From an uncultured bacterium (GTDB lineage Bacteria; Bacteroidota; Bacteroidia; Bacteroidales; CAIWKO01): a DNA stretch of 35,259 nucleotides. Each line of letters begins with the position of its first letter. Position 1 is the stretch's first letter. Positions 35,195 to 35,259 of this stretch are shown here, one piece after another. The translations under genes were made by a program, and so were the position numbers. The notes under the pieces are model-generated. The model saw only the letters and a program-made list of their open reading frames with translations. It made no database searches and was not told where the DNA came from. The stretch lies in NCBI GenBank assembly GCA_903916135.1, contig CAIWVT010000347.1:1-35259 (forward strand). Reading direction: 5' to 3'.

Positions 35195-35259
35195 TTCTCT
35201 GAATTTGTCGCATAAATAACTGAATTATATGTTTTTGACATTTTCATCATTCCTATTAA

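Overview
This window looks like a chromosomal fragment of a Bacteroidota genome. The evidence is a type IX secretion C-terminal sorting domain, DUF1573 and DUF5011 proteins, many lipoprotein signals and TAnnTTTG-type promoter boxes. Recognisable housekeeping and transport genes are acr3, murA, sufB, purB, rarA, an EamA transporter, a BASS transporter, a YegS-type lipid kinase and an LtaS-family enzyme. They are interleaved with accessory or orphan genes: two paralogous small acidic proteins, a 320-aa orphan, a B12-radical-SAM plus O-methyltransferase pair, a lipoprotein/OM-protein/T9SS-cargo operon, and four DUF5011 lipoprotein paralogues.

The most unusual content is non-coding. Five tandem arrays have periods of exactly 21 or 42 bp, which is 2 or 4 helical turns. 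Two of the 21-bp arrays are inverted copies that end in an exact 30-nt match and face each other across a 9.2-kb, 7-gene block (18272-27491). No recombinase, cas gene, Rep or Par gene is visible.

Other findings:
- GC-clamped hairpin repeats and 7-9-bp low-complexity tracts at gene 3' ends.
- A truncated IS transposase remnant.
- An LtaS-family gene split by a single in-frame TAA.
- A MurA with Asp at the fosfomycin-target cysteine position.
- A sufB without sufCDS.
- A striking bimodal third-codon-position composition (G/T-type versus A/C-type genes) arranged in blocks whose borders coincide with repeat-rich spacers.

All functional calls come from reading the translated ORFs. No searches or statistics were run.
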